Of a DNA stretch of 64,000 nt, positions 58,838 to 64,000 are shown one piece after another. The notes under the pieces are model-generated. The model saw only the letters and a list, made by a program, of their open reading frames with translations, did not search any database and was not told the DNA's origin. The first letter of the stretch is position 1. Each line of letters starts with the position of its first letter. A program made the position numbers and the translations under genes. The stretch is from positions 23,003-87,002 of the forward strand of contig CALKUP010000002.1 of the NCBI GenBank assembly GCA_937996685.1, in the 5' to 3' direction. This DNA is from an uncultured bacterium. GTDB lineage: Bacteria > Patescibacteriota > Patescibacteriia > UBA9570 > XYC2-FULL-38-9.

Positions 58838-59010
58838 CAACAAAAGATTTTTACACCGCACAAGAACTCGCCGAAAAGTTGGAGGTAAATATCATGACGA
58901 TTTACCGATACATAAAGGCTGGAAGGCTTAGTGCTTACAAGATAGGGAAGGAGTTCCGAATAGCAAAAAAAGACTTTGATACATTTTTGAAAAAAGCAAG
59001 CACAAAGTGA
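58834..59010 (+). CDS. Excisionase/MerR-like HTH DNA-binding protein (58 aa)
   Basis: ATG overlaps the upstream stop (ATGA). TIYRYIKAGRLSAYKIGKEFRI matches the HTH_17/Xis-type helix-turn-helix. Too short to appear in the ORF track. Confidence 0.5.
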   Translation: MTTKDFYTAQELAEKLEVNIMTIYRYIKAGRLSAYKIGKEFRIAKKDFDTFLKKASTK

Positions 59011-59014
59011 ACGT

Positions 59015-60940
59015 ATGACAACAACACAACAAATTCTCAATAAAATTTTCAAAAACCCCGAGCAGGACCTTTTGATGTTTGATGACTTGTCCAAGATAGA
59101 CATCTACGAAAAAGATGAAGGAAAGTTCTACATCAAGGCTATTTCAAAAATGGATGAAGAGAAAAAAGTTTATGATGCTAAAACTGGAAAAGGCGCTCCT
59201 GAAGAAATTGTTCGACAGCTGTATCTTGTAAAACTCACAAAGCATTACAAGTACCCCAAAGACCTTATTGAGCTTGAAAAGCACGTCAACTTTGGACGTG
59301 AAATAAAGCGTGCAGACATTGTTGTGTACCGACCAGATGGCATTACACCTAAAATCATCATTGAAGTAAAAGCTCCTAATCAAGAGAATGATGTACAGCA
59401 ATTGAAGTCATATCTAAATGCTGAAGGCGCGCCTGTGGGTGTTGCGGTAAACGGCAAAACTCGCCTCATTCTTTATCGTCCATACCCGAAAGATTTTGAT
59501 GACACATTGGATGACATTCCAGCTTCAGATGAAGAGGTTGAAGACGTGCTTGCAAAACGAAAGACCCTGAACGACTTGAGAGAAGATGACCTCAAGGAAA
59601 CTATCAAAACTCTTGAAGAGCTTGTGCTTGCAAACTCAGGACACGATAGCTTTGAAGAAATCTTCAAGATCATATACGCCAAGCTTTTTGATGAAAAAGA
59701 AGCATTAAGCCGTCCAAATCAAGAGCTTCACTTCAGAAAAAGTCCGACAGGAAAACCCGAAGAAACAAAACGCATCATTGACGAACTTTTTGAAGAAGCA
59801 AAAGCAGAATGGTCTGATGTGTTTGAGCGTACTGATAGGATAAAGCTCAGTCCTGAGCATCTTTCTGTGTGTGTCGGGGAACTTCAAGATGTTCGATTGT
59901 TCGGGGCAAACCTGCGCATTATTGATGAAGCATTTGAGTATCTCTTGCCAGATGTTGCTAAAGGCAAGAAAGGTCAATACTTTACACCGCGCGTTGTCAT
60001 CGATATGTGTGTTCAGATGATGAACCCGCAAAAAAAAGAATACGTTATTGATACTGCTTGTGGGAGCGCTGGTTTTTTGGTGCATGCCATGCAGTATGTT
60101 TGGAAAAATTTACCCACTCTTGAAGCACGGAAAGAATATGCAAGTAGATATTTGTGGGGTGTAGATTTTGACGAGAAATCAACAAAAATTAGCCGCGCAA
60201 TTATGTTGATTGCGGGAGATGGCAAGAGTCATATTTTCAAGTCATCTTCATTAGATACCCGAGAGTGGCCTGAGCGTTTCAAAAGTGAATTACAAGATTT
60301 GAATCTTGTACAGGAGTTTGATGACTATGAGCAAAATCGAGAGAATCGAGCTACATTACAACACCTCGAATTTGATGTGCTTCTCGCTAATCCGCCATTC
60401 GCAGGCGAAATTAAAGAGAAGCATCTCTTGACTCAGTATGTTCTTGGTAAAAACAATAAAGGCAAGCTTCAAAATAAGGTAGAGCGACACTTGCTCTTCA
60501 TTGAACGCAACCTTGAGTTTGTAAAAGCAGGTGGTCGTTTAGCGGTTGTGTTGCCACAAGGCATCTTTAACAACACAAGCCAAGAGTATGTTCGCAAACA
60601 CATAATGCGGAAAGCGCGCATTCTTGCGGTTGTAGGGCTGCATGGAAACTCTTTTAAGCCTCACACAGGAACAAAGACATCAATCATCTTCTTGCAGAAG
60701 TGGGCAGATGAGGAGCTTGATGCAAGCGGTAGTCCGAAGGTTGCTGACTATCCGATTTTCTTTGCTACTCAAAAGCAATCGTTCAAAAATAACAGTGGCG
60801 ATTACATCTTTGAGAAAGACAAGGGCGGTCAAATTGTTAAAGACGACAACGGTAATCCTAAATATCTAAGTGACCTTGATGAAATCGCTGAAGCGTTTGT
60901 GGCTTGGGGCAAAGAGCAAGGTCTTAGCTTTCTGAAATAA
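59015..60940 (+). CDS. hsdM: Type I restriction-modification N6-adenine DNA methyltransferase subunit with N-terminal HsdR_N-like (PD-(D/E)xK-like) extension
   Basis: Motif IV NPPF (LANPPFAG), motif I region DTACGSAGFL, and the HsdM helical domain. The N-terminal ~170 aa contain D-IVVY...IIIEVK resembling the HsdR N-terminal nuclease-like domain. Confidence 0.7.
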   Translation: MTTTQQILNKIFKNPEQDLLMFDDLSKIDIYEKDEGKFYIKAISKMDEEKKVYDAKTGKGAPEEIVRQLYLVKLTKHYKYPKDLIELEKHVNFGREIKRADIVVYRPDGITPKIIIEVKAPNQENDVQQLKSYLNAEGAPVGVAVNGKTRLILYRPYPKDFDDTLDDIPASDEEVEDVLAKRKTLNDLREDDLKETIKTLEELVLANSGHDSFEEIFKIIYAKLFDEKEALSRPNQELHFRKSPTGKPEETKRIIDELFEEAKAEWSDVFERTDRIKLSPEHLSVCVGELQDVRLFGANLRIIDEAFEYLLPDVAKGKKGQYFTPRVVIDMCVQMMNPQKKEYVIDTACGSAGFLVHAMQYVWKNLPTLEARKEYASRYLWGVDFDEKSTKISRAIMLIAGDGKSHIFKSSSLDTREWPERFKSELQDLNLVQEFDDYEQNRENRATLQHLEFDVLLANPPFAGEIKEKHLLTQYVLGKNNKGKLQNKVERHLLFIERNLEFVKAGGRLAVVLPQGIFNNTSQEYVRKHIMRKARILAVVGLHGNSFKPHTGTKTSIIFLQKWADEELDASGSPKVADYPIFFATQKQSFKNNSGDYIFEKDKGGQIVKDDNGNPKYLSDLDEIAEAFVAWGKEQGLSFLK

Positions 60941-60942
60941 CT

Positions 60943-62358
60943 ATGTCTTGGCAAACCATTGTAAAAGAAAATAAGCTCGCAGTAGCAGAAATACCTTTTG
61001 ATGAGGTATTGAATATCAATCGGCTTGATGCTGAGTATTTTGACCCTTTTTACCTTGAGCAAGACAGTGTACTCAATGGTAAAAATCTTGTTCCAATCAC
61101 GCAGTATATTGATATTTCAGACGGAAATCACTTGTCTATTACGGAACATTTTGTTGAAGAGGGAGGTGTTCCTTATTTTCGAGGACAAGACGTAAACAAC
61201 ATATTCCTCAACTCAGCGAGCCCGATGAGGATATCAGAAGAAATCTACAAAAAGGGTTGGATGAAGAGATCTCATTTTAAGGCTAATGATATTCTGCTTT
61301 CCATTGTAGGTACTATAGGCGGCTTATCCTTTGTCCCTGACGATATGGGTGAAGCATCAGGTAGTTGCAAAATAGCAATACTCAGACCAAAAGACACATC
61401 CTTTTCAAAGATTGTCATGGTCTTTCTGCTTGGAAAGTATGGTCAGTATCAACTAAAGAGAATGACCCGTGGTGCAGTGCAAATGGGTATCATTCTTGAA
61501 GATATACCTAAAATTAAAATCCCTAATTTTTCAGAAACAATTGCTTCAGAAGTAAGTCACTTGATTTCAAATGTATTTGAAAGCGAGACTCTGTCACGAA
61601 AACGTTACGAGGAAGCAGAGCAGATGCTTCTTAAAGAAATTAACCTTGAAGGCTACAAAGGAACTGAAGAAGCTGTATCGGTTCGAAACTTCAGTGAAGC
61701 ATTGTCTCATAATCGTTTTGATGCAGAGTATTGGCAGCCTGACTATGATGTCATTCTTGATACGCTCTCATCATATAAAAAAGGTGTCAGCACTATAGGT
61801 GATGAGTTCAAACAACTCAAAAACAATTTCAAGAAGGACAAGGAAAAAGAATACAGCTATATTGAGATTGGCGATGTTAATGTATCGACGGGTGAAGTGG
61901 ATAGAAACATAATCATCGGTGCTGAGTTGCCTGCAAACGCCAAAATCAAGCTTGGTAAGCGACAACTCATCACTTCAAAGGTCAGGCCAAATAGAGGTGC
62001 AACAGCTATACTTGATGATCACGAGGGTTATATCGGAAGTGGTGCATTTACCGTATTGACCGAGCAAGAAAACATCAATCTTGAAACGCTAATGGTGTTC
62101 CTGAAAATGCGACCTATCCGAGAGTTGCTTCTACGATACAACACGGGAACTTCATATCCCGTTATCACTGATGCTGATGTACTGAAGTTGCCAATACCTT
62201 TGATTGATAAAGTGGTTCAGAAGAAAATCAGCGAACTTGTAAGTGAGTCCGCTAAAGAGCGACAGGAAGCAAAGGCTTTACTCGAAAAGGCAAAGCGAGC
62301 TGTAGAAATCTTTGTTGAAAAGGATGAACAAAGCGCATTAAAATATCTTCAAGCATGA
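60943..62358 (+). CDS. hsdS: Type I restriction-modification specificity subunit (two target-recognition domains)
   Basis: Two TRD halves separated by conserved coiled-coil repeats. Immediately follows hsdM. Confidence 0.7.
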   Translation: MSWQTIVKENKLAVAEIPFDEVLNINRLDAEYFDPFYLEQDSVLNGKNLVPITQYIDISDGNHLSITEHFVEEGGVPYFRGQDVNNIFLNSASPMRISEEIYKKGWMKRSHFKANDILLSIVGTIGGLSFVPDDMGEASGSCKIAILRPKDTSFSKIVMVFLLGKYGQYQLKRMTRGAVQMGIILEDIPKIKIPNFSETIASEVSHLISNVFESETLSRKRYEEAEQMLLKEINLEGYKGTEEAVSVRNFSEALSHNRFDAEYWQPDYDVILDTLSSYKKGVSTIGDEFKQLKNNFKKDKEKEYSYIEIGDVNVSTGEVDRNIIIGAELPANAKIKLGKRQLITSKVRPNRGATAILDDHEGYIGSGAFTVLTEQENINLETLMVFLKMRPIRELLLRYNTGTSYPVITDADVLKLPIPLIDKVVQKKISELVSESAKERQEAKALLEKAKRAVEIFVEKDEQSALKYLQA

Positions 62359-63878
62359 AAGCAGTCATCCTAGCTCGAGTATCAACGGAAGAACAACGAG
62401 AAGCTGGAAACTCTTTGCCTGCACAGATTGCCCGTATCGAAAATTATTGCGATAAGAAAAACTTCATTGTAGTTGAGACTTTTAGTTTTGATGAAAGTGC
62501 ATATAAAACAAAGCGAGACGAGTTTGATCGTATTCTTGAATATCTCAAAAATACCAATGAAAAAATTGCGGTCTGTTTCGATAAAGTAGATCGTCTGTCA
62601 CGCAATCAATTTGATAAACGTGTTTCGTTGCTTTATGAAAAAGCGGTTGCAGGAGACATTGAATTGCATTTTATTTCAGATGGTCAGGTTATCAATGATC
62701 AAATGTCTGCTGTTGAGAAGTTTCAGTTTGGAATGAGTCTCGGTTTAGCAAAGTATTATTCAGACGCTATTTCTGACAATGTAAAACGTGCATATGAGCA
62801 AAAACGTCGAAAAGGTGAATGGATAGGCAAAGCTCCCATTGGCTATAAAAATGCTGTTGATCTAAAAGGAAATAAAACAATTGAAATTGATGTCATAGTC
62901 GCGCACTTACTTGCAAAAGTATTTGAGTTATATAGCACAGGTAATTATTCGTATGAGTCGATTATTGATGAGCTCACAAAGCAAGGATTAAAAACTCAAG
63001 GAGGTAAGCGAATGACCAAGAGTGTAATTGAGAAGATTATAAAGAATCCGTTTTATTGTGGCATCGCTAGTTCACCGACTCACGGACAGTATCCGCACAA
63101 GTATGAACAGTTGATTACAAAGGAGCTGTTTGATCGCTGTCAGGAGATCCGTTTGAAGAAGCGAAAATTTCCAAATAAAGAGAAATCGGAGAAGTATGTA
63201 TTTAAGGGATTGTTGCGCTGTCAAAATTGCGGCTGTGCCATAACGCCAGAAAAGAAAACGAAACCAAGTGGTAAAACCTACACCTATTATTCTTGCACGA
63301 ATGCGAAGAAGATATGCAAACGTGTGTATGTTTCCGAAACCGAGCTTCTAAGGCCCGTAGAAGCGATTTTAGAGCGTTTTGAGCGTATTCCTGTAGCCAC
63401 GCAAGATAAGATTGTTGAATCGCTCCGTAAGTCTTCTGAGGCAGAGGTTGAATTTCATAAGGCTCAAGTGCTACGCATCCGACAAGATCAAGATATGTAC
63501 ACACAGCGGAAAGATGCCTTGCTCGATCTTTTGCTTGATAAGAGTATTACCAAGGAACAGTATGACAAAAAATTGCAGGAATACAGCGACAAGCTGCAAT
63601 TGCTCAACATTGAATACGAAGAACATACAAAAGCGGACTGTGATTACCAAACCACAATAGCCACAGTGTTTTCTTTAGCTCGACGTGCAAAACAAATCTT
63701 TTATAGTTCTGAAATCAATGAGCAACGTGCGTTTATTCGATACTTACTTCAGAACCCGACTGTAAATGAAAAGAAGCTACATTTTACAGTAGCTTCTCCA
63801 TACAATTCTCTCCTCGAACTATCTGATAGTCCTTTTGTGCGGGAGCGACGAGACTCGAACTCGCGACCTCTGCCGTGA
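62355..63878 (+). CDS. Large serine recombinase (resolvase/invertase catalytic domain plus recombinase domain plus zinc ribbon)
   Basis: N-terminal AVILARVSTEEQ with catalytic Ser. A central recombinase domain. A Cys cluster CQNCGC...C. The 3' end runs about 39 nt into tRNA-Asp. Confidence 0.75.
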   Translation: MKAVILARVSTEEQREAGNSLPAQIARIENYCDKKNFIVVETFSFDESAYKTKRDEFDRILEYLKNTNEKIAVCFDKVDRLSRNQFDKRVSLLYEKAVAGDIELHFISDGQVINDQMSAVEKFQFGMSLGLAKYYSDAISDNVKRAYEQKRRKGEWIGKAPIGYKNAVDLKGNKTIEIDVIVAHLLAKVFELYSTGNYSYESIIDELTKQGLKTQGGKRMTKSVIEKIIKNPFYCGIASSPTHGQYPHKYEQLITKELFDRCQEIRLKKRKFPNKEKSEKYVFKGLLRCQNCGCAITPEKKTKPSGKTYTYYSCTNAKKICKRVYVSETELLRPVEAILERFERIPVATQDKIVESLRKSSEAEVEFHKAQVLRIRQDQDMYTQRKDALLDLLLDKSITKEQYDKKLQEYSDKLQLLNIEYEEHTKADCDYQTTIATVFSLARRAKQIFYSSEINEQRAFIRYLLQNPTVNEKKLHFTVASPYNSLLELSDSPFVRERRDSNSRPLP

Positions 63879-63913
63879 CAGGGCAGCGCTCTAACCAGCT
63901 GAGCTACGCCCCC
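63840..63913 (-). tRNA. tRNA-Asp (anticodon GUC)
   Basis: Reverse complement GGGGGCGTAGCTCAGCTGGTTAGAGCGCTGCCCTGTCACGGCAGAGGTCGCGAGTTCGAGTCTCGTCGCTCCCG; anticodon loop CTGTCAC. Confidence 0.8.
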
Positions 63914-64000
63914 GTATTGATTGCAATATACGATGAATTGCTCACGCAGTATATAAGAAAAAGAAAAATCTGTCCAGAGGGGCCTTGTTTCGGCGGTTTT

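Larger units (their letters stand above)
53899..63913. mobile_element. Putative integrated genomic/defence island at tRNA-Asp
   Basis: A large serine recombinase whose 3' end overlaps the tRNA-Asp 3' end; an Xis-like HTH gene; type I M+S genes; nuclease genes. The interval is visibly more AT-rich than the flanks. A degenerate tRNA-end repeat lies about 10 kb away. Confidence 0.5.

Noticed and set aside
1-64000. CRISPR arrays or rRNA genes
   Set aside because: No regularly spaced direct repeats and no rRNA-like conserved stretches were seen anywhere in the window. The only notable short exact repeat is the 16-mer upstream of nrdJ, which I interpret as NrdR boxes.

Overview
This 64 kb window looks like a chromosomal segment of a compact bacterium with moderate AT-richness (by eye about 40-45% GC). 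The gene content is monoderm-like or CPR/Saccharibacteria-like; that is an inference only. Most of it is housekeeping genes: an ABC-F ATPase, a heterodimeric ABC exporter pair, a class II (B12-dependent) ribonucleotide reductase with two NrdR-box-like palindromes upstream, MFS and SAM-methyltransferase genes, a TrmH/SpoU methylase, HU, ParA/ParB, Rel, TopA, FolC, DprA, QueG, Mfd, MetK, a DEAD-box helicase, an RRM protein, TypA/BipA, a P-type ATPase, MgtE, and three tRNAs (an initiator-like Met-CAU, Leu-CAA and Asp-GUC). The accessory content is more unusual. There is a clear heliorhodopsin with the retinal lysine context intact. A NOX/ferric-reductase-like membrane flavocytochrome sits directly upstream of a secreted cytochrome b5 domain protein, and a second b5-domain lipoprotein lies 5 kb away. 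A Lys/Ala-rich histone-H1-like gene lies next to the HU gene. The metK coding sequence is sharply GC-rich (about 65%) and looks horizontally replaced while keeping an AT-rich leader with a terminator-like hairpin. Several further short GC-rich patches occur at about 30.9-33.4 kb, 41.2-41.85 kb and 43.0-43.4 kb. At the 3' end is a roughly 10 kb AT-rich putative integrated island (about 53.9-63.9 kb) bounded by tRNA-Asp and a degenerate tRNA-3'-end copy. The island carries a large serine recombinase whose 3' end overlaps the tRNA, an Xis-like HTH gene, a type I M+S pair with no HsdR (the methylase has an N-terminal nuclease-like extension), a HARE-HTH/PD-(D/E)xK endonuclease, a large two-nuclease DUF2779-like protein with a Cas4-type cysteine cluster, and two large proteins I cannot recognise. 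This island is the best candidate for an undescribed defence module. I found no CRISPR array and no rRNA.
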